In this document: positions 25,380 to 33,763 of the stretch, piece after piece
Numbering within the stretch: position 1 is the first letter of the stretch
Layout of the letters: every line of letters begins with the position of its first letter
Source: Spirochaetia bacterium
GTDB taxonomy: Bacteria > Spirochaetota > Spirochaetia > DSM-27196 > DATKUC01
Reading direction: 5' to 3'
Length of the DNA: 64,000 nucleotides
Assembly (NCBI GenBank): GCA_035530755.1
Contig: DATKUF010000036.1
Coordinates: 14,354 to 78,353, forward strand
The notes under the pieces: generated by a model
The model's input: the letters and a program-made list of their open reading frames with translations, nothing else
The model's database searches: none
Told to the model about the DNA's origin: nothing
Translations under genes and position numbers: made by a program

Positions 25380-25979
25380 TCAATCGACTCCCGACTTTCG
25401 CCCGATGCCGACCAGAAACGTCTCGAACGACTCTTTACGGCTGGACTTCGGTTTGAACGGTTTGGCCGTCGTGAACAGCGTACGGAAGCGGGCGAGAAAC
25501 TGGTGCTCCTCTCCGCCCTGGAAGATCTTGACTATCAGGTTTCCGCCCGGTCGGAGGTGGTCCACCGCTATGGCAAGCACGGTATCCACCAGTGCACTCG
25601 ATCTCGCCGTATCCACCGTCCGGTTCCCGGTTGTCGACGGTGCCACATCGCTGAGAACCACGTCAAAGGGAGCATGCGACGCGAGCCACAGGCGAACTTC
25701 ATCGCTCGTAATGTCTCCCTGGCGAAACTCGAGATTTCCAGGGACCGGGGAGAGGTTGAGGGGGTTGAGATCGACGGCGAACACCCGACCGCCGCCGATC
25801 CGTTTTGCCGCGTATGCCGACCAGCTTCCCGGGGCCGCCCCTACATCGAGCACGATGTTGCCGGGACGCAGCAGGCCGAAACGCTCCTGTGCCTCCTGGA
25901 GCTTGTAGATTGACCGAGCGGGGTAACCTTCGAGGTGCGCGCGGCGCGTATAGTGATCAGGAGTGTCGCGGCCCGTCAT
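25380..25979 (-). CDS. rlmE: 23S rRNA (uridine-2'-O)-methyltransferase RlmE/FtsJ
   Basis: ARSIYKLQEAQERFGLLRPGNIVLDVGAAPGSWSAYA, VLSDVAPSTTGN and NLIVKIFQG are FtsJ-family motifs. 199 aa. Confidence 0.9.
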   Translation of the reverse strand: MTGRDTPDHYTRRAHLEGYPARSIYKLQEAQERFGLLRPGNIVLDVGAAPGSWSAYAAKRIGGGRVFAVDLNPLNLSPVPGNLEFRQGDITSDEVRLWLASHAPFDVVLSDVAPSTTGNRTVDTARSSALVDTVLAIAVDHLRPGGNLIVKIFQGGEEHQFLARFRTLFTTAKPFKPKSSRKESFETFLVGIGRKSGVD

Positions 25980-25999
25980 CGGTTTTCCCGCCGCCGCAA

Positions 26000-27187
26000 T
26001 CAGGAATCAGACAATGGCGAGACGTAACTCTTCAATGGCGGGAAACCGTTGAAGTAGATCGAGCTGTAGCTCTGCGTATAGGCGCCGGTGGTAAAGATGT
26101 ACACGCGATCGCGGGCCTTTGTCATTGACGGCATCTTGTATTTGAAATCCTGGTACATTACATCCATTGAATCGCAGGTTGGACCGGCGAGGATGATTTC
26201 CTCCGCCTCCCCCTGCCCTTCGAAGTAGATGGGATACTTGATAGCTTCGCCGATTGTCTCGATAAGGCCGCCGAAGAGACCTACGTCCAGGTAGGCCCAC
26301 CGATAGAGGTTGTTCTTGGACTTTTTCGAAATTCGGATAACTTCCGAAACGATGACCCCCGCATCGGCCGTCATTGCCCGTCCCGGCTCCATGTAGATTT
26401 CCGGAAGCGTGTCACCGAAATCTTCGAAAAGGAATCTCTTTATTTCGCTGGCGTAGACATCGAGCGGCAGGGTAGGCGAGAGGTAACTGGCGGGAAAACC
26501 ACCGCCGAGATTGATCATCTTGAGCTTGATCCCTTCGTCCGCCTCTATCGCGTCGAAGAGGTACTTGCAGCGCGCAATCGCATCGTCCCACTGACCGATA
26601 TCGCGCTGCTGCGACCCGACATGGAACGAGAAGCCGAACGGCTCGAGACCGGCGTTGCGCGCCTCGATGATCAGATAGTAGATCATGTCGGAGTGTGCGC
26701 CGAACTTCCGGGAGAGCGGCCAGTCCGATCCGGTCCCTTCAGTAAGCAGGCGGAAAAACACGCGGGAACCCGGGGCTTCCCTTGCGACTTCCTGCAGATC
26801 CTCGTGTGAATCGGTAACAAAAAGCCTGATTCCCTTTTGATAGAAGTACCTGATGTCCTCGGCTTTCTTTATCGTGTTGCCGAAGCTCATGCGGGCCGGA
26901 TCGACTCCAAGCTGCAACAGCTGGTCGAGCTCGAATCGGGTCGCGACGTCAAAGCAGGAACCGAGCTCGTTCAGCAGGGTGATGACTTCGTCGACGGGGT
27001 TTGCCTTGATCGCATAGTATATCTGCGCAAACGGCAGCGCATTCTTCATCTCCATGTACTTCCGCCGGACCGCCTCGAGATCGATTACGAGAAATGGCGT
27101 CTCTTTGTCCTTTGAAAATTCTTTGATGCGCTGAAATCGGTCGGCAGACATGTAGCGATCCAGGGGAAAGTAGTAATTTTCCTGCAT
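26000..27187 (-). CDS. Type III (alanine-racemase fold) PLP-dependent ornithine/lysine decarboxylase
   Basis: PFLVIDLEAVRRKYMEMKNALPFAQIYYAIKANP carries the PLP-lysine. Also present: FSFHVGSQ, INLGGGFPASY, EPGRAM, GPTCDSMD. Substrate (Orn/Lys/DAP-like) cannot be resolved by eye. Confidence 0.8.
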   Translation of the reverse strand: MQENYYFPLDRYMSADRFQRIKEFSKDKETPFLVIDLEAVRRKYMEMKNALPFAQIYYAIKANPVDEVITLLNELGSCFDVATRFELDQLLQLGVDPARMSFGNTIKKAEDIRYFYQKGIRLFVTDSHEDLQEVAREAPGSRVFFRLLTEGTGSDWPLSRKFGAHSDMIYYLIIEARNAGLEPFGFSFHVGSQQRDIGQWDDAIARCKYLFDAIEADEGIKLKMINLGGGFPASYLSPTLPLDVYASEIKRFLFEDFGDTLPEIYMEPGRAMTADAGVIVSEVIRISKKSKNNLYRWAYLDVGLFGGLIETIGEAIKYPIYFEGQGEAEEIILAGPTCDSMDVMYQDFKYKMPSMTKARDRVYIFTTGAYTQSYSSIYFNGFPPLKSYVSPLSDS

Positions 27188-27265
27188 GAATCCTCCTCTG
27201 GTGGTGACGTAGGATAGATATAATCAAATTTCTGCGTTATTGTCATTCCCCATGGGGCTGATTCC

Positions 27266-27294
27266 TTGACCGGCTCGAGAGCTTTCCGTAAATT
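27266..27294 (+). promoter_or_regulatory. Candidate sigma70-type promoter placed for a leaderless rhomboid transcript
   Basis: TTGACC (27266-27271), a 17-nt spacer, then TAAATT (27289-27294). The ATG at 27301 lies 7 nt after the -10 element and no Shine-Dalgarno sequence is visible. Confidence 0.3.
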
Positions 27295-27300
27295 GTGTCC

Positions 27301-27957
27301 ATGAGTACATCACGTCCCGGTTCACTCCTGCGTCGGCCGTTCGAGTACCGGCAGTACAACATTTCGATCATCCTCATTGCGGCGAACGTACTTGTATTTC
27401 TGCTGAACTACATGGCGCCTGAGACCCGGATAGAAATGTCGCTGGTATCGCCGGCGGTACCTGTCGAATATGCGCACACAGCTTTTTGGCAGCTTCTGAC
27501 TTACATGTTCGTGCACGCCGGCTTTTCGCACATCTTCTTCAACATGCTTGGCCTTTTCTTCTTCGGCATTCAGGTGGAACGCCGCGTGGGCAGCAGCGAG
27601 TTTCTCCTGTTTTACCTCGTCACCGGCGTAGGCGCCGGCCTCGTATCCCTGCTCATCTTCTGGCTCACGGGGACTCCCACGATACTGCTTGGTGCCTCCG
27701 GCGCGGTTTTCGGCGTTCTACTTGCGTTCGCCACGTTCTTTCCCACCGCTATGATCTACGTATTCGGAATCATTCCGGTGCGGGCCCCGCTTCTCGTTCT
27801 CGTCTATACCGGTATCGAGCTGTTCTCCCAGCTTACCGGCGCGCGTAGCGGCGTTGCGCACCTCACGCATCTTGCCGGTTTTGCGGTGGCTTACCTCTAC
27901 CTCATTGTCCGGTTCGGGCTGAATCCCATTCGAGTTTTCCTGGGGTCGCGCCGATAG
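27301..27957 (+). CDS. Rhomboid family intramembrane serine protease
   Basis: FSHIFFNMLGLFFFG (HxxxN), the catalytic LLGASGAVFGVLLAF (GxSG), and the His helix VAHLTHLAGFAVAY. Six TM helices. Confidence 0.85.
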   Translation: MSTSRPGSLLRRPFEYRQYNISIILIAANVLVFLLNYMAPETRIEMSLVSPAVPVEYAHTAFWQLLTYMFVHAGFSHIFFNMLGLFFFGIQVERRVGSSEFLLFYLVTGVGAGLVSLLIFWLTGTPTILLGASGAVFGVLLAFATFFPTAMIYVFGIIPVRAPLLVLVYTGIELFSQLTGARSGVAHLTHLAGFAVAYLYLIVRFGLNPIRVFLGSRR

Positions 27958-27965
27958 ATAAACAG

Positions 27966-28667
27966 ATGCCTTCAAACGGGAATGGGCGGTGTGGAGGGAT
28001 CTCCGTACCGCCGGTTTTTTTGGTCTCAATATGCCTGCTCGTCGCCGCGCCGCCTTCCGTCGCCTCAGCAGAAAAGCTGCTCATAGCCGAGTTCTCGGCA
28101 GAAACCCATCCGCTCATCGTCGAAACCCCCGAGCCCCCGACAAAGGAACAGATAGTTCTGTCGCTACTGGAAGAGGCTCGTTTCGCCTTTTCCGGGATGA
28201 TCTATGGATTCGATTTCGTTTATACTCCGAGCGACCCATTACGAAAGGTGGCGGAGGAGTTTGACCTGAAGCCGGTCGCCCAGCTGCGCTGGGGCGATCC
28301 GCGGATGCGAGTCCTGGACACACGGACCGAATCCGATCTGCTGTTCGCCCGCATCACCTACAGTCTGGCCGACTTTCAATTGCCGAGGTGGCAGGGCTGG
28401 CAGAGCAACTCACTCGAACATGCTTCCGGTCTCGGCGCATCCTCCTACCTCAAGGGCCCGAGCTCCCGACACGCGGCGATAGTGGAAGCCATAAAGAACG
28501 CGATACGGGAACAGGTGCGCCAACGAGTCTACAACCGGCCGAGGGAAATTCGCGGCAGTCTTGCGCTGCTCGATGCGCCGCGAATAGCAGTTCGAGAGGG
28601 AAACTACGAGGCCACGGTCCGGATAGCATTGGACGTGAAATCCATCATTCCCTACACAATTTTCTAG
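27966..28667 (+). CDS. Secreted or membrane-anchored hypothetical protein
   Basis: Hydrophobic N-terminus ISVPPVFLVSICLLVAAPPSVASA (signal or anchor). I recognise no other motif. It lies 9 nt downstream of the rhomboid gene. Confidence 0.45.
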   Translation: MPSNGNGRCGGISVPPVFLVSICLLVAAPPSVASAEKLLIAEFSAETHPLIVETPEPPTKEQIVLSLLEEARFAFSGMIYGFDFVYTPSDPLRKVAEEFDLKPVAQLRWGDPRMRVLDTRTESDLLFARITYSLADFQLPRWQGWQSNSLEHASGLGASSYLKGPSSRHAAIVEAIKNAIREQVRQRVYNRPREIRGSLALLDAPRIAVREGNYEATVRIALDVKSIIPYTIF

Positions 28668-28715
28668 GAAAATTCGGTCTGAACTGGCACCCGGTGAAAT
28701 TACCGACCCATCGTC

Positions 28716-29144
28716 TCAAATAATGAAGTAGGCGACCAGCCCCAGCACCCCTCCCACCAGGATCCCCGCGGCAATTTCGGTGATCGAGTGGCCTATCATC
28801 TCGGTCATGCGAATCTCTTCATGGTGATCGAGCCGATCGAGCAGGCGGTTAATGACGACGGTCTGCTGCTGGACGTGGCCCCGGAGCCGGTAGGCGTCGA
28901 AGATCACCACTGCGGAAAAGGCGGCACACACCGCGAAAATGTCCGAACCGATTCCGTCGCGCAGCACGATCAGGACCGACAGGGTTGTGACGAACGCGGA
29001 GTGCGCACTCGGAATTCCCCCGGCCGTCGTCAGATACTTCCACCCTATTCTGCCGTCCCGAATCGAGTAGTACACGAGTTTGAAAACCTGACAGGTTACC
29101 TGTACCGCGCCGGCAGCGATCAGTACGGCTGGAAATCCGTGCAC
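28716..29144 (-). CDS. Divergent PAP2 (DUF212, acid phosphatase/vanadium haloperoxidase-related) membrane protein
   Basis: TAGGIPSAHSAFVTTLS, FDAYRLRGHVQQQ and GHSITEIAAGILVGGVLG are the three conserved blocks of the divergent PAP2 family. Confidence 0.75.
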   Translation of the reverse strand: MHGFPAVLIAAGAVQVTCQVFKLVYYSIRDGRIGWKYLTTAGGIPSAHSAFVTTLSVLIVLRDGIGSDIFAVCAAFSAVVIFDAYRLRGHVQQQTVVINRLLDRLDHHEEIRMTEMIGHSITEIAAGILVGGVLGLVAYFII

Positions 29145-29156
29145 AGCATCCTCCTG

Positions 29157-30689
29157 CTACAGAAGCCTGTTGCGTATCTCTGCGCTCACATAGTCCAGAA
29201 TTGCTACGGTGATCGCGATGAACCAGACTGCTATTCCTGCCTCCCGATACTGAAGGAGACGAATATACTGAAAAAGTATGAAGCCGATTCCGCCGCCGCC
29301 CACTACTCCGATAATCGTCGACATACGCACGTTGATGTCCCACCGATAGATGGAGAATGAGATGAACGGCGATATCATCTGCGGGATGACCGCATACATG
29401 ATTGTCTGCAGCCGCCCCGCGCCGGTCGCCTGGATCGCTTCGATTGGTCCGTGGTCGATACCCTCGATTGCTTCCGAGTAGAGTTTTCCGAGCGCCGCCA
29501 CCGAATGCAGGGTGAGCGCGATGATTCCGGCGAATGGACCCAGGCCCACCCAGACTACCGCGATCAGCGCCCAGATAAGCGGCTCTATCGAGCGCACAAT
29601 GTTGAGAATCGTGCGGGTGAGGAAGTAGATGGCCATCGTGACCCAGGAACCTGACATGATGTTGCGGGACGCAAGAAACGCGATCGGGATCGAGAAGAGT
29701 ATGCCGAAGAAGGTGGCCATCATGCCCATCATGATAGTCTCGACCATCCGTGCGACCGTCAACTTCAGCGCATCGCTGGGAAGCGGGGGGCCGGAGCGGG
29801 AGACCTGGCGCGCTTCGGCTGTGTCGTACTGGGGGCCTTTCGCACTCGGCGGGACCAGTTGGTAGGGCATCGCGAACGAGGTTTCGAATGCACCTGCGGC
29901 GTCAGTCGTGACGCTTACGTATTTGCCACCCTCCCGGGGTTGAAACTCGTTTCCGATCGGGTCGATCCACCATATCTCGGTCCTGGTGTTCGGCCGGAAA
30001 TTGCCGCCCGACAGATGCAGCACCGTCCCGGGTATCATCTGGTTGCTGTCGCTCACTCGGGAGAGCTCGCCCCGGGTCGGCTCCACAATGAGATATGGTT
30101 CTTTCGATTTCTTCTCATTCGGCAGGGGGGCCGGAAACTCCGTGCCTATCAGCACTTTCGCATCCGCGGAGACCGTCTGGTCCTTGTAGGTAATCCCTGC
30201 TTCCCACGGCCACAGTACTTTGGAAAGAGGTCCCCACGCTTTCGGCGCCTCGGTTACCATCTTGCCGAGGTCAATTTCGGAAATCTGCCAGCCGAGCGCG
30301 AAGAATGCTACGATGATTGCGGCAAACAGACCGATGGCCCCCGATTTGCGGCGCAGTTTGGCCGACCGGTAGGCATCCCACGCGGTCCAGAGCCATGCGG
30401 CAATCGTCGCTAAGAGCACCAGAATAAGAAAAAACGGTCGGCGTCCGATTGCTTTCAGGAAGATATCCTGAGATCCGGTCAACCGGGGCGCGAGCGCCAC
30501 CATTCGCGAAATGAACAGCGCGATAATTCCGGTCAAAGAAAGGATAATGAGAATTCCGCGGCCGACTTGCCGGTTGAGTATCTGGCCAAGTCCCGGAACG
30601 AGAAGGGATGCGATTCCGGAAACCGGCGCCGGGAAGAGCGGACGGACCGATACGTCGTTTCGATTCTTTGTCTTCTTGTTGCGGGGCAT
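29157..30689 (-). CDS. phnE: Phosphonate/phosphite-type ABC permease PhnE with N-terminal TM extension and a large extracytoplasmic insertion
   Basis: The C-terminal ~200 aa form the PhnE core (VETIMMGMMATFFGILFSIPIAFLASRN; EAA loop IEAIQATGAGRLQTIMYAVIPQMISP). 510 aa total. The start overlaps the phnC stop. Confidence 0.85.
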   Translation of the reverse strand: MPRNKKTKNRNDVSVRPLFPAPVSGIASLLVPGLGQILNRQVGRGILIILSLTGIIALFISRMVALAPRLTGSQDIFLKAIGRRPFFLILVLLATIAAWLWTAWDAYRSAKLRRKSGAIGLFAAIIVAFFALGWQISEIDLGKMVTEAPKAWGPLSKVLWPWEAGITYKDQTVSADAKVLIGTEFPAPLPNEKKSKEPYLIVEPTRGELSRVSDSNQMIPGTVLHLSGGNFRPNTRTEIWWIDPIGNEFQPREGGKYVSVTTDAAGAFETSFAMPYQLVPPSAKGPQYDTAEARQVSRSGPPLPSDALKLTVARMVETIMMGMMATFFGILFSIPIAFLASRNIMSGSWVTMAIYFLTRTILNIVRSIEPLIWALIAVVWVGLGPFAGIIALTLHSVAALGKLYSEAIEGIDHGPIEAIQATGAGRLQTIMYAVIPQMISPFISFSIYRWDINVRMSTIIGVVGGGGIGFILFQYIRLLQYREAGIAVWFIAITVAILDYVSAEIRNRLL

Positions 30690-31489
30690 TACTCGCCGTC
30701 CTTTTGCTGTTCGCCGGTGAGCGGACCGGTGGCGACCCGTACTGCCTCTTCGCCGTAGATCTCTTTGAACTGTTCGTCGGTCATGTTCCGGATGTCCTCG
30801 CGGGAGCCCTGATAGACAAGCCGCCCTGCCCGAAGGCCGATAACCTGGGTTGCGTAACGCTGTACCAGATCAAGGTAGTGGAGGCTGCAAATGATCGTCA
30901 TGCCCTCATCACGATTGAGCTGCTCGAGGTAACCGAGAATGGTATGAGCGAGTACCGGATCGAGACTCGCGACCGGCTCATCGGCAAGTATGATCGAGGG
31001 CTCCTGCATCAGCGCGCGCGCAATGCCGACACGTTGCTGCTGACCTCCGGAGAGCTCGCTTGCCCGCTTGTTGGATTGTTCGGTGAGTCCGACCCTTTTC
31101 AGCGCGTGGACCGCGCGCTCCCGGTCCTCGCGTGGAAACCTGTGCAGCAGGGTGGGCCAGGTGTTCACATATCCGAGTCTGCCCGCCATGACATTCGTGA
31201 GCACGCTCGAACGACGGACGAGGTTGAAGTGCTGGAAAATCATCCCGATCCTTCGCCTGACCTTCCTCAGCGCCGTTGAATCGGCTGCGGTAACATCCTC
31301 GCCGTCCCACATAATCTTGCCGCTGGTGGGCTCGATGAGCCGGTTGATGCACCGGAGCAGCGTCGATTTTCCGGAACCGGAAAGACCGATTACCACAAGG
31401 AACTCGCCTTCTTTGACCGAGAAGCTCACTTCTTCGAGTGCGCGTGTTCCGTCGTCGTAGACCTTCGTGAGATTCGTTATTTCCAGCAT
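30689..31489 (-). CDS. phnC: Phosphonate-type ABC transporter ATP-binding protein PhnC
   Basis: MLEITNLTKVYDDGTRALEEVSFSV.., Walker A GLSGSGKSTLLRCINRL, signature LSGGQQQRVGIARAL, Walker B IILADEPVASLD. Confidence 0.9.
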   Translation of the reverse strand: MLEITNLTKVYDDGTRALEEVSFSVKEGEFLVVIGLSGSGKSTLLRCINRLIEPTSGKIMWDGEDVTAADSTALRKVRRRIGMIFQHFNLVRRSSVLTNVMAGRLGYVNTWPTLLHRFPREDRERAVHALKRVGLTEQSNKRASELSGGQQQRVGIARALMQEPSIILADEPVASLDPVLAHTILGYLEQLNRDEGMTIICSLHYLDLVQRYATQVIGLRAGRLVYQGSREDIRNMTDEQFKEIYGEEAVRVATGPLTGEQQKDGE

Positions 31490-31657
31490 CAGATACTACC
31501 GTTCGTATTTTAACCGCAGAGCCAAAAAAAAGGCTACCCTGCCGAAACAGTTGCGGGATCCCTCGAGGCCGGCGGGACGACCGGCAAGTCGGTCTCGGTT
31601 CGGCATCGATGGTGGTCTCGTTCTATTCTCCGACCAGGATAGCGCTTCCGTCGATCG

Positions 31658-31683
31658 CAGACCCGGGCTTTCGTCCGGGCCTG
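31658..31683 (-). other. Intercistronic stem-loop between phnD and phnC
   Basis: The minus strand reads CAGGCCCGG-ACGAAAGC-CCGGGTCTG, a 9-bp stem including one G-U pair. It sits directly after the phnD stop inside a 205-nt intercistronic gap. No U-tract follows. Confidence 0.35.
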
Positions 31684-31694
31684 CACAGGAAAAC

Positions 31695-32603
31695 TTACTT
31701 CATCAGGTCTTCGATCTTCATTCCGGAAGACTGCAGAACCTGGCGGAACGGGTCATAGAAGTTGTCTCCCTGCTTTTCGAGACCGGTCCAGGAGTAGGCC
31801 TTCTTCAAGGCATCTTTTCCCTCCGGCGTCTGGGCGATTTCGAGCAGTGCGTTCGTTATCTTGTCGCGAAGATCCTGTGGGACCGTCTTCTGGAACTGCA
31901 CGCCGTCATTCGGGATGTTCACCGATACATTGATAACCTTGACCTTGTCGTTTACGTCCGGATGGTCCTTCTGAATATTCTGGCGCGCATCCACGAAGGT
32001 CGCACCTGCGTCGACGTCTCCGTTATAGACAGCCGTCACAACGGCGGTGTGCCCACCGGCGTCGACAATCTGTTTCAGATCCTTCTCCGGGTTGATTCCT
32101 GCGGCTCTCATGGTCAATTCGGGAATGATCCAGCCACTGGTTGACAAGGGATCCGGGCGCGCGAAGGTTTTTCCTTTCAGGTCTGCGAGAGTCTTTATGC
32201 CGCTTTTTACGTTCGCGATGATCTGGCCGTTGTAGTAGGGCGTCCCGAACCTCACCGCAACAAGGGCGGCCTGTGCCACACCCCGGTCCGCCGCGAGGAC
32301 GTAGGCGAACGTTGCAAGTGAAGCCATGTGAGCCTTCGGCGGTGTGCTAGAAAGCGCTTCAATGACTCCGGCGTAGTCGGTCGCGACCATTACTTTGAAG
32401 TAGAGGCCGGTCTTCTTGAACAACAGGTCCGATACCGCCTGCCCACCCGCAACAATTGTTTGTGTATCACCGGACGGAACGAATGCCCATATGATTGGGT
32501 TTTCTTCCGTGCCCAGTTTCTGAGCCTCTTTGGCTCCCGCTGCCATTGCCAATCCAGCACTCACTAGCAATACCAGGAGCGCAAGGAACACTCTCTTCAT
32601 CAC
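31695..32603 (-). CDS. phnD: Phosphate/phosphite/phosphonate ABC substrate-binding protein PhnD
   Basis: Signal peptide MMKRVFLALLVLLVSAGLAMAAG. PhnD-like blocks: NPIIWAFVPSGDTQ, ATDYAGVIEAL and FARPDPLSTSGWIIP. Confidence 0.85.
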   Translation of the reverse strand: MMKRVFLALLVLLVSAGLAMAAGAKEAQKLGTEENPIIWAFVPSGDTQTIVAGGQAVSDLLFKKTGLYFKVMVATDYAGVIEALSSTPPKAHMASLATFAYVLAADRGVAQAALVAVRFGTPYYNGQIIANVKSGIKTLADLKGKTFARPDPLSTSGWIIPELTMRAAGINPEKDLKQIVDAGGHTAVVTAVYNGDVDAGATFVDARQNIQKDHPDVNDKVKVINVSVNIPNDGVQFQKTVPQDLRDKITNALLEIAQTPEGKDALKKAYSWTGLEKQGDNFYDPFRQVLQSSGMKIEDLMK

Positions 32604-32647
32604 AACACCTCCCGCGATTTTTTGTTGAGAAACCCCTAAATAGACCC

Positions 32648-33679
32648 CTAACCAGAGGGTTTAGCCAGTATAACAGGAAATTTGACAATGCAACAGGCGC
32701 CGGTTTCGTTGACGAGGCGCAGATCTCCACCCAGCGTCGCGACGATAGTCCGAATCAGCGGAATACCGAGTCCGTGTTGCGCGATTCGCTGGTTGTAGAG
32801 CACCGGTTCGGGAAATCCCGCGCCGTGATCGGTCAAGCGCAATTCAGCCAGATCGCCGTCGACCTCAAGCTCGAGATCAATAATGGCGTCGGTATCGACT
32901 CCTGTCCCGAACTGGACGGCGTTCTGCACCATTTCGGTCACCGCCTGGCCCAGCAGTAACGCTTCCCGCGGCCCGATTCTCCAGGTGTCGAGTTCGGGAT
33001 TGAACTCCACGGTGGTCGGTCGGATCCTCTCCAGATGGCGTTCCACGACATCCTGCAGAAAATGCCCGGCGTCCACGTCGGTTGGCGAGGTCGTCCCCGC
33101 GTACAGTATTGCGTAGATCTGCGGGAGAAAGGCGAGGTGTCGGCTGATGTCGGCAACGGGCAGAAGATCCGCGCGCGCTGTTTCCGATTGCGCGTCGGGA
33201 TCGGCCGGCTCAGATGAGAGATTGCGAACGGCACGGGTCGCTTCGAGACCGGCCAGCATGCGGATCGTCTCCATCATGCGATCGAGGCCCTCGCCGATGC
33301 CCGCGCGGAAGCTGTCCCTGTCTGATAGCGCGGCCGCCAGGTCGCCCTGCAGCCGGTCGCGCTCCCGCCTGTTGCGAACCAGAAGTCCGCTGAGAATCCC
33401 CGCGATAACAACCATTGCAAAAGAAGGCAGAAGCGGGCCCGTGCTATCGAGGACCGGAACCCGAAGCGCGCGCCCGACGATGATAAGGGTCACCGGAATG
33501 TTGACCAGCGACAGGAATAGCGCAGGCCACACCCGAACCGTGGCGGCGATCACCACCGGAACGACAGCGATCAGCGATGCCGCAGCGAACGCCCCGCTGA
33601 ACGCCGGCAGGATCATGACGTAAATGATGTAGAGGATGAGAGCCAGGGAAAAGCGTATGTAAAGCCGGGTCCAATCCAT
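32648..33679 (-). CDS. Membrane sensor histidine kinase-like protein (HisKA_2-like + HATPase_c), no cognate regulator adjacent
   Basis: Four N-terminal TM helices. N-box GQAVTEMVQNAVQFG, G1 LRLTDHGAGFP, G2 HGLGIPLIRTIVATLGGDL. The putative phospho-His region is divergent (VADISRHLAFLPQIYAIL). Confidence 0.6.
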   Translation of the reverse strand: MDWTRLYIRFSLALILYIIYVMILPAFSGAFAAASLIAVVPVVIAATVRVWPALFLSLVNIPVTLIIVGRALRVPVLDSTGPLLPSFAMVVIAGILSGLLVRNRRERDRLQGDLAAALSDRDSFRAGIGEGLDRMMETIRMLAGLEATRAVRNLSSEPADPDAQSETARADLLPVADISRHLAFLPQIYAILYAGTTSPTDVDAGHFLQDVVERHLERIRPTTVEFNPELDTWRIGPREALLLGQAVTEMVQNAVQFGTGVDTDAIIDLELEVDGDLAELRLTDHGAGFPEPVLYNQRIAQHGLGIPLIRTIVATLGGDLRLVNETGACCIVKFPVILAKPSG

Positions 33680-33763
33680 GATTTGAGACTCATGATAAAC
33701 GCCGGACGGTCGGGCGGCAAGCGGTGGAACGGGAGACGATCAGCCCCGAGAAAGTTTCGACTG

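Noticed and set aside
31490-31694. The 205-nt gap inside the phn operon was examined for a small ORF or riboswitch.
   Set aside because: I could discern only a strong stem-loop after phnD (31658-31683) and no conserved riboswitch core. It is most simply an intercistronic stabiliser/attenuator, reported as a low-confidence feature only.
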